Shown here: positions 20,164 to 31,927 of the stretch, piece by piece
How positions within the stretch are numbered: the stretch's first letter is position 1
Layout: each line of letters opens with the position of its first letter
NCBI GenBank assembly: GCA_963819655.1
Contig: CAWFXA010000003.1
Span: 864,001-928,000, forward strand
DNA length: 64,000 bases
Direction of reading: 5' to 3'
Origin: an uncultured Chloroflexia bacterium
GTDB lineage: Bacteria; Chloroflexota; Limnocylindria; Limnocylindrales; CSP1-4
Translations under genes and position numbers: made by a program
Notes under the pieces: generated by a model
Seen by the model: only the letters and a program-made list of their open reading frames with translations
What the model was told of the DNA's origin: nothing
The model's database searches: none

Positions 20164-21664
20164 TCAATCGGGGCAGGGCATCGCGCGCCCGGTCATCGGG
20201 CGCCAGCGCAGATTCGGCTGGCGAGCGGCGGTCGCCTCGTCCAGGCGCTTGACGGGCGCCGTGTGCGGAGCCCCCTTCACGAGGTCGGGATCGCGCTCCG
20301 CCTCGGCGGCGATCTCCACCAGTGCATCGGCGAACGCGTCCAGCGTCTCGATCGATTCGGTCTCGGTCGGCTCGATCAGCATCCCTTCGTCGACGATCAA
20401 CGGGAAGTAGATCGTCGGTGGGTGGAAGCCGTAGTCGATCATCCGCTTGGCGAGGTCCAGCGTGCGCACGCCGGTGCGGCTCTTGATCGTCGCCGCCGAC
20501 GCGACGAACTCGTGCTTGCACGGCCGGTCATACGGCAGGTCGAACGTGTCCGCGAGGCGGGATTTGAGGTAATTCGCGGCGAGGACTGCGTCGTCACTCA
20601 CTTCGCGCAGGCCCGAACCGCCGTGCGCCCGGATATAGGCATACGCGCGTACGAGGACGCCGGTGTTCCCGACGAAGCTGCGCAGTCGGCCGATCGACGA
20701 CGGGCGCTCGTCGTGCCGCTCGAGGCGGAACGAGCCGTCGTCGAGGCGCAGGACGCGCGGCGTCGGCAGGTACGGCACGAGAAGGTCCCCCACCCCCACC
20801 GGACCGGCGCCCGGACCCCCACCACCGTGCGGCGTGCTGAACGTCTTGTGGACGTTGAAATGCATGACGTCGAAGCCGGCCTGTCCCGGCTTGAACCGGC
20901 CCAGGAATCGCGTTGAGGTTGGCACCGTCCATGTACGCCAGCGCACCCGCCTCATGGACGGCCTCGAGCAGGTCGCCGATGCGTGACTCGAACAGGCCGA
21001 GCGTGGATGGGTTCGTGATCATCACCGCGGCGGTACGGGGCCCGAGAGCCGCCTTGAACGCGTCGAGGTCGACGCCACCGTCGGCCGCGGACGGGATCGT
21101 GATCGTCCCGTAGCCGGCCATCGATGCCGTGGCCGGGTTCGTGCCGTGCGAGCTGTCCGGGACGAGGACCTCGTCGCGCTCGGTGTCGCCACGCTCGCGG
21201 TGATAGGCCCGGATCATCAGGATGCCGGTCAGCTCGCCCTGCGCTCCGGCGGCCGGCTGGAGCGTGACCGCGCGCATCCCGGAGATCTCGGCCAGGGCGC
21301 CCTCGAGCTCCCACAGCAGCTGGAGCGTGCCCTGCGCGACCTCGTCCGGGACCAGCGGATGGAGGTCGGCGAAGCCGGGCAGGCGCGCCGCCCATTCGTT
21401 GAGCTTCGGGTTGAACTTCATCGTGCATGAGCCGAGCGGGTAGAAGCCCGTGTCGACCGCGTGGTTGAGCTGGCTCAGGTTGACGTAGTGACGGACGACG
21501 TCTGGCTCGTTCATCTCGGGCAGGGCCGGCGGTGTCGCTCGTCGTGCGCCCGCCGGCACACGGTCGAGCGCGTCCTTGGGCGGATGGGGGATCTTGCCCC
21601 CGCCCCGCCCCGGGCGGCTGCGCTCGAACAGCGTCGGTTGCAGCTTCGGGCCGGTGACGCTCAT
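20164..21664 (-). CDS. gcvPB: glycine dehydrogenase subunit 2, interrupted by a +1 frameshift near 20906
   Basis: The N-part ([28 protein letters not shown]) is in one frame and the C-part ([21 protein letters not shown]) in another. Junction GCG ATT C CTG GGC. Confidence 0.9.
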
Positions 21665-23085
21665 CGGGCCACTCCGATCGCCGTCGTCATGTCACCTGCG
21701 CCGGTCTCGACACCGACGGACGGCCGACCCGTGAGAACCTCCCCGACGGCGGCGACGAACCGGGCGATGTCGCCCGACGTGGTCAGCTCGGTCGTGCACA
21801 GAAGCAGGCCGTCGGCCAGGGCCGGTTCGTCCGGCTCCGCGTCGGCCAGCACGAGGCCGGCCAGGAAGCCGCGCTCGATGAGCCGCCGATGGACGGTCCG
21901 CGCGTCCGGCACGCGCACCGCGAACTCGTTGAGGTAGGGGCCAGGCTGGAGGCGTTCAACGCCGATCGCGGCCAGCGCGCTCGCCAGTTCGGTCGCCCGC
22001 GCGGCCCCCGTCGCCGCCACGTCCTGGAGGCCGTGCGGCCCGATCGTGGCGAGGTAGATCGAGGCGGCCAGGGCGAGCAACGCCTGGTTCGTGCAGATGT
22101 TGCTCGCCGCCTTGTCGCGCCGGATGTCCTGTTCACGCGCGCGAAGCGTCATCACGAACGCCCGCTGGCCGTCGAGGTCGGTCGTCATCCCGACGAGGCG
22201 GCCGGGGATCTGGCGGACGAGGGCGTCGGTGGAGGCGAGGATCCCCAGATACGGGCCGCCGTACTGCGGCGCGATGCCGAGCGGCTGACCCTCGCCTGCG
22301 GCGATGTCGGCGCCGTAGGCGCCCGGCGGCGCCAGGACGCCGAGCGACACAGGCTCGATGACGGCCACGAACAACGCGCCCGCTGCGTGGGCGAGCTCGC
22401 CGATCCGCGGCATCGGCTCGAGGAGCCCGAGGAAGTCGGGGTTCGCGGCGATGACGCCGGCGACCGGCCGATCCGGCTCGGCCAGCATCCGCTCGAGCGC
22501 ACCCAGGTCGGTCGTGCCGGCGGCATCGCCGTCCGCGACCAGCGGGATCTCGTCGAGCTCGAGCCCGCCGCCGAAGTACGTGCGCAGGGTCGCGCGGTAG
22601 TGCGGGTGCACGCCGCGGCTGACGAGCACGCGCTCGCGCCGGGTCGCCCGACAGGTCATCAGCGCGGCTTCAGCGGTCGCGGCCGCCCCGTCGTAGTGCG
22701 ACGCCGAGACCACGTCCAGATCGACCAGCTCGCCGATCAGCGACTCGTATTCATAGATCGACTGGAGCGTGCCCTGGCTGACCTCCGGCTGGTACGGCGT
22801 GTAGGCCGTGTACCACTCGCCGCGCAGCAGGAGCTGGTCGACGGCCGGCGGGCTCCAGTGCCGGTAGACGCCCGCGCCGAGGAACGACACGAGGTCCGTC
22901 CGGTTGCGACCGGCCATCTCGCGCAGACGCGCCGCCAGCTCGAGCTCGGGCTCGGGATCGGGCAGCTCGAGGGCGCTGGCCCGCAGGTCGACCGGGATGT
23001 CGGCGAAGAGGTCGTCGACGCTGTCGAGGCCGAGCGCTGCCAGCATCCGCTCGCGGTCGGCCGTCGTGTGTGGGCCGTACGGCAT
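21661..23085 (-). CDS. gcvPA: glycine dehydrogenase subunit 1
   Basis: FLGAGVY, YTAYTPYQPEVSQG, SHYDGA, REQDIRRDKAASNICTNQAL. Confidence 0.95.
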   Translation of the reverse strand: MPYGPHTTADRERMLAALGLDSVDDLFADIPVDLRASALELPDPEPELELAARLREMAGRNRTDLVSFLGAGVYRHWSPPAVDQLLLRGEWYTAYTPYQPEVSQGTLQSIYEYESLIGELVDLDVVSASHYDGAAATAEAALMTCRATRRERVLVSRGVHPHYRATLRTYFGGGLELDEIPLVADGDAAGTTDLGALERMLAEPDRPVAGVIAANPDFLGLLEPMPRIGELAHAAGALFVAVIEPVSLGVLAPPGAYGADIAAGEGQPLGIAPQYGGPYLGILASTDALVRQIPGRLVGMTTDLDGQRAFVMTLRAREQDIRRDKAASNICTNQALLALAASIYLATIGPHGLQDVAATGAARATELASALAAIGVERLQPGPYLNEFAVRVPDARTVHRRLIERGFLAGLVLADAEPDEPALADGLLLCTTELTTSGDIARFVAAVGEVLTGRPSVGVETGAGDMTTAIGVAR

Positions 23086-23092
23086 CGTCCTG

Positions 23093-23476
23093 TCAGCCCG
23101 CCGCCACGAGGTCGTCGTACGCCTCGCCGTCGAGCAGGTCGTCGATCTGGGATGGATCGGCAACGGTGATCTTGATCATCCAGCCGGCGCCGTACGGGTC
23201 GTTGTTGACCTGCTCGGGCGTCGAGGCGAGCGCCTCATTCGTGGATGTCACGGAGCCGCTCAGCGGCGCGAACAGGTCGCTCACCGCCTTGACCGACTCG
23301 ACGACGCCGAAGGGCTTCGCCTCCTCGAGCTCACGGCCCGTGTCGGGGAGCTCCACGAACACGATGTCGCCCAGCTGGTCAGCGGCATACTGGGTGATCC
23401 CGACGGTCGCTTGATCGCCGTCGACCCGGACCCACTCGTGGTCACGGGTGTAGCGCAAGTCGGTTGGCGAACTCAC
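23093..23476 (-). CDS. gcvH: glycine cleavage system H protein
   Basis: LRYTRDHEWV, LGDIVFVELP, lipoyl motif VESVKAVSD, DPYGAGW. Confidence 0.95.
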   Translation of the reverse strand: MSSPTDLRYTRDHEWVRVDGDQATVGITQYAADQLGDIVFVELPDTGRELEEAKPFGVVESVKAVSDLFAPLSGSVTSTNEALASTPEQVNNDPYGAGWMIKITVADPSQIDDLLDGEAYDDLVAAG

Positions 23477-23477
23477 G

Positions 23478-24599
23478 TCAGCTGCTCCTCCGGTAGAACG
23501 GCAACGGGACCACCCGCGCCGGGACACGCGCGTCGCGGATCTCGATGTCGAGCATCGTCTCGGATTCCGCGTCGGCCGGCGCGACGTAGGCCATCGCGAT
23601 CGGCACGCCCAGTGTCGGCGACTGGGTGCCGCTCGTCACGACGCCCGTGCGGCGTTCGCCGGCAAACACAGGGTAGCCGTGGCGGGCGATCCCGCGTCCC
23701 TCGACGATCAGACCGACGAGACGTTGGCGCGGGCCGTCGACGGCGACCTTCTCAAGCGCGGCGCGTCCGACGAAGTCACCGGGCTTGTCCAGCTTCACGA
23801 CGCGACCGAGACCGGCGTCGAACGGCGTGGTGGTCAGATCGAGCTCGTTGCCATAGAGCGGCATGCCCGCCTCGAGACGGAGCGTGTCACGGGCGCCCAG
23901 CCCGACGGGACCGCCACCGGCGCTCCGCACGGCGTCGAGCAACGCATCCCACAGCTCCCCGGTCCGGCCGGTCTCGACGAAGACCTCGAACCCGTCCTCC
24001 CCTGTATACCCGGTGCGTGCGACGTGGGCGGGGATGCCCGCCACGGAGCCCTCGGCGATGCCGTAGTAGCGCAGGCCACCAACGTCCACGTCCGTGAGCG
24101 GAGCGAGGACATCGACCGAGCGCGGGCCCTGGACGGCTACGAGGCCCGTTGCCAGCGACTGGTCGTCGAGCACGGCTCGAGAACCGGCCAGACGTTCGGC
24201 GAGTTCATCGGATACGACCTGCGCGTTGGCCGCGTTGCACACGACGAGGAACCGATCGTCGGCCAGCCGGTAGATGATCAGGTCATCGATGATGCCGCCG
24301 TTCGGCGCGCAGATCATCGAGTACTGGGCACGACCAACGGCAAGTGCCGGTGGGCTCGACACGACGGCAGCCGCCAGCCCGTCGCCCGCGCCGGCACCTT
24401 CGATCAGCAGCTCTCCCATGTGCGAGAGGTCGAACAGCCCGACGCGTTCGCGCACTGCACGATGCTCGTCGAGGATGGAGCCGTACTGGAGAGGCATGCG
24501 CCAGCCCGCGAAATCGATCATGCGAGCGCCCAGCGCCTCGTGGCGGCTGGCCAGCGGTGTCTCGTGGATGACCGTCTCGAGGAGATCCGGTCCGGTCAC
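23478..24599 (-). CDS. gcvT: glycine cleavage system aminomethyltransferase T
   Basis: FAGWRMP, GLFDLSHMG, RTGYTGEDGFE, GLGARDTLRLEAG. Confidence 0.95.
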   Translation of the reverse strand: MTGPDLLETVIHETPLASRHEALGARMIDFAGWRMPLQYGSILDEHRAVRERVGLFDLSHMGELLIEGAGAGDGLAAAVVSSPPALAVGRAQYSMICAPNGGIIDDLIIYRLADDRFLVVCNAANAQVVSDELAERLAGSRAVLDDQSLATGLVAVQGPRSVDVLAPLTDVDVGGLRYYGIAEGSVAGIPAHVARTGYTGEDGFEVFVETGRTGELWDALLDAVRSAGGGPVGLGARDTLRLEAGMPLYGNELDLTTTPFDAGLGRVVKLDKPGDFVGRAALEKVAVDGPRQRLVGLIVEGRGIARHGYPVFAGERRTGVVTSGTQSPTLGVPIAMAYVAPADAESETMLDIEIRDARVPARVVPLPFYRRSS

Positions 24600-25054
24600 G
24601 AAACCCTCTCCGCGGGCGGCGCGGCAAGGAGGTCGGCCGCGTGCGCGACGAGAGCGCGTTCGGTCTCGAATGTCAGCAGGGTCGTCGCCTCGTCGAAGTC
24701 GACCCAGCGGACCTGGTCGAACTCGTGGTCGTGGCGGGCGAGATCACCGCCGATGGGTTCCATCATGAAATAGTGGACGGTCTTGTGGATCCGGGTGCCC
24801 GACTGGACGAACGTGTACTCGATCGAATCCAGCGGCCCCGTGATGCGCACGTCCAGCCCGGTCTCCTCGACCACTTCGCGGACTGCAGTCTCTTCGCGCG
24901 TCTCGTTCCGCTTGGGCGTGCCCTTGGGGAGAGTCCAGGTGCGACCGTCGCGTTCTCGGCGCCGGCTGCCGGCGACGAATTGGGGACGTCCGGCCTGGTA
25001 TCGAACGACGATGCCGCCCGCAGAGGTGGCGGTCGTAGTCCTCAGGCGTGCCAC
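24596..25054 (-). CDS. NUDIX hydrolase
   Basis: SAGGIVVR; Nudix box LPKG..NETREETAVREVVEETGL; IHKTVHYFMM. Confidence 0.88.
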   Translation of the reverse strand: MARLRTTTATSAGGIVVRYQAGRPQFVAGSRRRERDGRTWTLPKGTPKRNETREETAVREVVEETGLDVRITGPLDSIEYTFVQSGTRIHKTVHYFMMEPIGGDLARHDHEFDQVRWVDFDEATTLLTFETERALVAHAADLLAAPPAERVS

Positions 25055-25362
25055 GGCGCCGCGGCGGCGCTGCGACGCCGGCTCGTTCCGGAGCGCCCGG
25101 AGCGAGCCCAATGCATCGTCACCAACGGCCGGACCCGGCGATCGGGGATGGCCGACCGCGTCGGCCGAGGGCCACGCCAACCCGCCTTCAGACGGGCGTA
25201 CGGGCCGGCTTCCGGGCCACGGAGCTCGGTCTGGACGGCGGCGACGGCGGAGAATGACGCCTGCGCCCCGAGGCCGAGTCGCCGCTCGCGGGCACGGCTC
25301 GACGGGCGCACGAATCGAGCCGCCGGTCGTGCCGCGTATTTCGCGGCGATGCTGTGTCCCAT
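25042..25362 (-). CDS. hypothetical Arg-rich protein (106 aa), possibly leaderless
   Basis: TACCAT 8 nt before the ATG; the ORF fills the gap exactly and its stop overlaps the NUDIX start. No recognisable motif. Confidence 0.4.
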   Translation of the reverse strand: MGHSIAAKYAARPAARFVRPSSRARERRLGLGAQASFSAVAAVQTELRGPEAGPYARLKAGWRGPRPTRSAIPDRRVRPLVTMHWARSGRSGTSRRRSAAAAPWHA

Positions 25363-25381
25363 GGGCCGCAATGGTACTAGG

Positions 25382-26440
25382 TCAGTCCTGCCTTGCAAGC
25401 GCTGTCGTGAGCGATTCACGCATCTCCGCGGCCGTCTCCGGTGCGAGCACGCCACGGTCCACCGCAAGGTCGATCTCCCGGTGCGCTGCGGCCACATACA
25501 GCGGCAGCACGCCCGGAGCGTGGGCCGCCAGCGCAGCGAGGTGCGCAGCGAGCGTCCCGACATCACCGCGCGTCATCGGGCCGGTCAGGGCCGCCCGGAT
25601 GCCGAGGGCACGGGCGTTGCCGAGTGTTCCCTCGATCAGCGGTCCGTAGATGGCGAGCGCGCCCTCCTCATCGAGGCCGGCCACGGCGCCGAGCTCGGCG
25701 ATCGCGTCGAGCAGCGCGACGAAGCCACCGGCGGCGAGGACGGCAGCGGCGTGGTATGCCGCTTTCGAGCCCGGAGCGAGGCGCACCGCATGGGCGCCCA
25801 ACCGTTCCGCCATGTCGGCAAGCATCGCCGCGAGGTCGTCGTCGCCCTCGATCGCGATCGTCGCGCCATGGAGCGCGGCGATCGCCCGTTCCGTGTCCGC
25901 GAACGCGACGAGCGGGTGGAACGCGCCGACCTGCGTGCCGGCGGCCATCGCCGGCAGGAGGACCTCGGCTCCCAGCGACCCGCTCGTGTGGACCATCGCC
26001 TGGCCGCTGTACATCCGGATCTCGCGGGCGAGCGGCTCGATCGCATCGTCCGGCACCGCGAGGATGATCAGCTCGACCTCCTCGACGAGCGCCTGCGCCT
26101 CGGCGAACCCGCGGGCGCCCTCGACGCTGCCGGTGAACCGCGCCCGCCGACCCGCGTCGCGACTGGCCACGGCATGGATCGGCCAGCCGGCCTGGCTGAG
26201 AGCGATCCCGAGCGCGGTCCCGACCGCGCCGGCGCCGACGATGCCGGTCGTCGGCGTTTCGCCCGGCCCCGCGCGGAGATGCGGATGGGTGTGTCCGTCA
26301 GCGTGGACCTCGCCGTCGTCGTGACGGTGGTGGCCTGGCGGGACGGGGTCGAGGTCGATGCCCGCCGCCGCGATGGCGGCCTCGGTCTCTGCCCGATCGC
26401 GTTCCGGGTCGTCGCCCGGGAGCGAGCCCCACGGCTTCAT
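25382..26440 (-). CDS. Rossmann-like + DUF2520 domain oxidoreductase
   Basis: GIVGAGAVG, LAVPDDAI, HTSGSLG, FHPL, YHAAAVLA, LTGPMTRGD; His-rich N-terminus. Start uncertain (26440 or 26491). Confidence 0.85.
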   Translation of the reverse strand: MKPWGSLPGDDPERDRAETEAAIAAAGIDLDPVPPGHHRHDDGEVHADGHTHPHLRAGPGETPTTGIVGAGAVGTALGIALSQAGWPIHAVASRDAGRRARFTGSVEGARGFAEAQALVEEVELIILAVPDDAIEPLAREIRMYSGQAMVHTSGSLGAEVLLPAMAAGTQVGAFHPLVAFADTERAIAALHGATIAIEGDDDLAAMLADMAERLGAHAVRLAPGSKAAYHAAAVLAAGGFVALLDAIAELGAVAGLDEEGALAIYGPLIEGTLGNARALGIRAALTGPMTRGDVGTLAAHLAALAAHAPGVLPLYVAAAHREIDLAVDRGVLAPETAAEMRESLTTALARQD

Positions 26441-26507
26441 CGGGACGCGCCGGCGCGGGCCGGGGACCGAGCGCGGTACGCTTGCATGCATCGAGTCTAG
26501 CGAGCCT

Positions 26508-29366
<2,859 letters not shown>

Positions 29367-29555
29367 CTCGGCGCCCGCCCCTCGCCTGTTCGCCGGGCTG
29401 ATGGCGTTCGAGGGCAAGGCGGCGCCCGAGCACCGGAGCGAGCGCACCATCCCCGAGGTCCGAGGCGACGCCGTGATAACCATCGGCCCGCGGGTCCTGA
29501 CGTGAGCGAGGCGCGCAGGGCGCCAACGCCGCGATCGGGCGTCAGCGGCCCCGCG

Positions 29556-29598
29556 AAAACGATGAAACCCCCAAGGGGAGGACCTAGGGGTTTCATCG
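29556..29598 (-). terminator. intrinsic terminator of an unannotated minus-strand transcript
   Basis: Perfect 12-bp stem CGATGAAACCCC/GGGGTTTCATCG followed by TTTT on the minus strand. Confidence 0.65.
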
Positions 29599-29686
29599 CG
29601 GAGGAGGATTTCGGCCTTCGAAAGTGGGACGCGCCGACCTTGGCCCGCGTTACGCGGCCTGGCGGCCTGGCGGACGAAAGCTCCTG

Positions 29687-29884
29687 GTTTCTGTCAAATG
29701 CCCAGGTGGCGGTCATCGGTCCGGGCCGTGATGAATGACCTGCTGTGACCAGTGCATCGAAATGCATGTCGCAGCGTGCACCGCGACCATGCGACCGCAA
29801 GAGGTGCAAACGTATCCACGGGCAACCCCCTTCTGGGTGCTCCGAACCTGTCCACCGCTCGTGTGACGAGCATTTGACAGAAAC
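29687..29884. repeat. 15-bp perfect inverted repeat pair
   Basis: GTTTCTGTCAAATGC (29687-29701) and GCATTTGACAGAAAC (29870-29884). Confidence 0.85.
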
Positions 29885-29955
29885 ACGGCGCGCGGTCGTG
29901 TGCGCGACCCACGCCTCGAGCCCGTGACGCTCCCATCGCGTAGCATCGCCCGACC

Positions 29956-31191
29956 GTGACTGTGACCGCCGGGTCCGTCCAGCGGACGTACCTCACCCTC
30001 ACCCTGCTCACGACCTTCGCCGCGTCGTTCATCTGGGGCGTCAACACGCTCTTCCTGCTGGACGCCGGCCTGAGCAATACCGAGGCCTTTGCGGCCAACG
30101 CGTTCTTCGCCGTCGGCCAGGTCATCTTCGAGGTCCCGACGGGGGTCGTCGCCGATACCCGCGGACGGCGGTTCTCCTATCTGCTCGGCGCTGTGACCCT
30201 GCTCGCCTCGACGCTGCTCTACTACGTCATGTGGCAGGTCCACGCACCGTTCGCCGGCTGGGCGCTCGCGTCGATCCTGCTCGGACTCGGCTTCACGTTC
30301 TTCTCGGGCGCGACCGAGGCGTGGTTGGTCGACGCGCTCACCGCGACCGGCTACACCGGCGCCCTCGAGACCGTCCTGGGCAGGGCCCAGACGGTGTCTG
30401 GGTTCGCGATGCTCGTGGGTTCGGTGCTGGGCGGGGTCGTCGCCCAGGTCGCCGATCTCGGCGTGCCCTACCTGCTGCGCGCCGCGTTGCTCGGGCTGAC
30501 GCTCGTCGTGGCATTCCGCTACATGCACGACATCGGCTTCTCACCCCGGCGCGGAGCCAGCCACCTGGCCGAGATCCGCAGCGTCGTCCGCGGATCGATC
30601 GATGGCGGCTGGCGCAATCCGCCGGTGCGCGCCCTGATGCTGGCCGCGCCGTTCACGAGCGGCGTCGGTTTCTTCGCGTTCTACGCCAGCCAACCGTATC
30701 TGCTCCAGCTGTACGGCGACCCGGAGGCGTACAGCGTCGCGGGCCTGGCCGCGGCATTGTTCGCGGGCGCCCAGATCCTCGGCGGGATCCTGGTGCCGTA
30801 CGCGCGCCGATTGTTCCGCCGGCGCACCGACGCCATCCTGCTGGCCACGGTCGGCACGGTCGTCATCCTGGGCGTTATCGGCTGGACGGGCAACTTCATC
30901 GTGGCCCTCGTGCTGCTCGCCCTGTGGGCGCTGATCTTTGCGCTCGAGATACCGCTCCGCCAGGCGTACATCAATGGCCTCATCCCATCGGAGCAGCGCG
31001 CGACCGTGCTGTCGTTCGACTCCTTCATGGGCTCGATCGGCGGGGCGGCGGCACAACCGGCCCTGGGCCGCGTGGCCGACGTGTACGGCTACGGTCCGTC
31101 CTATGTCGTGGCGGGGGCGATCCAGGTGCTGGCCATCCCATTCGTGTTGATGGCGCGCCGGACGCGGGCAGCCTCGGATCCCATCGACTGA
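29956..31191 (+). CDS. MFS transporter
   Basis: About 12 TM helices; FEVPTGVVADTRGRRFS (motif A-like); FFSGATEAW; SEQRATVLS. Confidence 0.92.
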   Translation: MTVTAGSVQRTYLTLTLLTTFAASFIWGVNTLFLLDAGLSNTEAFAANAFFAVGQVIFEVPTGVVADTRGRRFSYLLGAVTLLASTLLYYVMWQVHAPFAGWALASILLGLGFTFFSGATEAWLVDALTATGYTGALETVLGRAQTVSGFAMLVGSVLGGVVAQVADLGVPYLLRAALLGLTLVVAFRYMHDIGFSPRRGASHLAEIRSVVRGSIDGGWRNPPVRALMLAAPFTSGVGFFAFYASQPYLLQLYGDPEAYSVAGLAAALFAGAQILGGILVPYARRLFRRRTDAILLATVGTVVILGVIGWTGNFIVALVLLALWALIFALEIPLRQAYINGLIPSEQRATVLSFDSFMGSIGGAAAQPALGRVADVYGYGPSYVVAGAIQVLAIPFVLMARRTRAASDPID

Positions 31192-31197
31192 GGGGAA

Positions 31198-31273
31198 TGG
31201 TGGGCGATACTGGATTCGAACCAGTGACCCCGCGGATGTGAACCGCGTGCTCTAACCACTGAGCCAATCGCCC
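31198..31273 (-). tRNA. tRNA-Val (anticodon CAC)
   Basis: GGGCGATTGGCTCAGTGGTTAGAGCACGCGG-TTCACAT-CCGCGGGGTCACTGGTTCGAATCCAGTATCGCCCACCA; full cloverleaf with encoded CCA. Confidence 0.97.
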
Positions 31274-31358
31274 GATGCTGGCGGGAGCGCGGTACCGATG
31301 CCCGACGCTCCGAAGACCGAGGCGACGCTCCTGCGAGCCATCGGCCTGAGGATCGTGA

Positions 31359-31640
31359 TCATACCTTCAGGCCCGGCCACCGGGCAACGATCGTGTCCGG
31401 ATCTGCCCCGTCGACCACCACCAGTTTCTGACGGCTCGCCGCGCCGGCGACGATACGGACATCGCTGCGCGCCACGCCCAATTCCTCGGCGATGAGCCTG
31501 ATCAGCGCGTTGTTCGCGGCCCCTTCGACGGCCGGAGCGCCGACCCGTGCACGCAGCACCCCATCGGTGACGCCATCGACGCGGTCGACCGCCGCTCTCG
31601 GCGTGAGGCGGACGGCGAAGCGGACGTCGGTCGCGCTCAC
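31359..31640 (-). CDS. yggU: DUF167/YggU family protein
   Basis: VRLTPRA, APAVEGAANNALI, VRIVAGAASRQK; follows yggT. Confidence 0.88.
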   Translation of the reverse strand: MSATDVRFAVRLTPRAAVDRVDGVTDGVLRARVGAPAVEGAANNALIRLIAEELGVARSDVRIVAGAASRQKLVVVDGADPDTIVARWPGLKV

Positions 31641-31645
31641 GACCC

Positions 31646-31891
31646 TCAGAGGCGCCCGATGATGAACCCGAGAAGGATCAGGACGAGGAAGCCCGACCAG
31701 TCGATCATGCCGGCCTGGGGCAGCAGCCGGCGGACGGGCCCGAGGATCGGCTCGGTCGTCTGGAACAGGAACGCCGAGATCTGGTTGCGTCCGGTGGGGT
31801 CGACCCAGGACATGATCATCCGCCCGAAGATGAGCGCCCACAGCGCCATCAACAGGAACTGGAGGAAGGTGAGGAAGAACGTCCCGGGCAC
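31646..31891 (-). CDS. yggT: YggT family membrane protein
   Basis: IMSWVDP..N, TEPILGPVRRLLP, GMIDWS. Confidence 0.9.
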   Translation of the reverse strand: MPGTFFLTFLQFLLMALWALIFGRMIMSWVDPTGRNQISAFLFQTTEPILGPVRRLLPQAGMIDWSGFLVLILLGFIIGRL

Positions 31892-31927
31892 GGTCCTCCG
31901 AGTCTACCAGCCCGTCCGAGCCGACCC

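Noticed and set aside
25055-25380. Glycine riboswitch upstream of the gcv operon
   Set aside because: No GGAGA...CCGAAG...CUCUCAGG aptamer motifs on the minus strand.
29874-29905. Sigma-70 promoters at the two TTGACA hexamers
   Set aside because: Neither has a -10-like hexamer at 16-19 nt.
29745-29927. 60-aa Cys-rich ORF in the acnA-MFS gap
   Set aside because: No RBS or leaderless signal and atypical codon usage; the region is better explained as non-coding.
29367-31273. Genomic island or prophage integrated at tRNA-Val
   Set aside because: No integrase and no duplicated tRNA 3' end seen; the flanking genes are ordinary.
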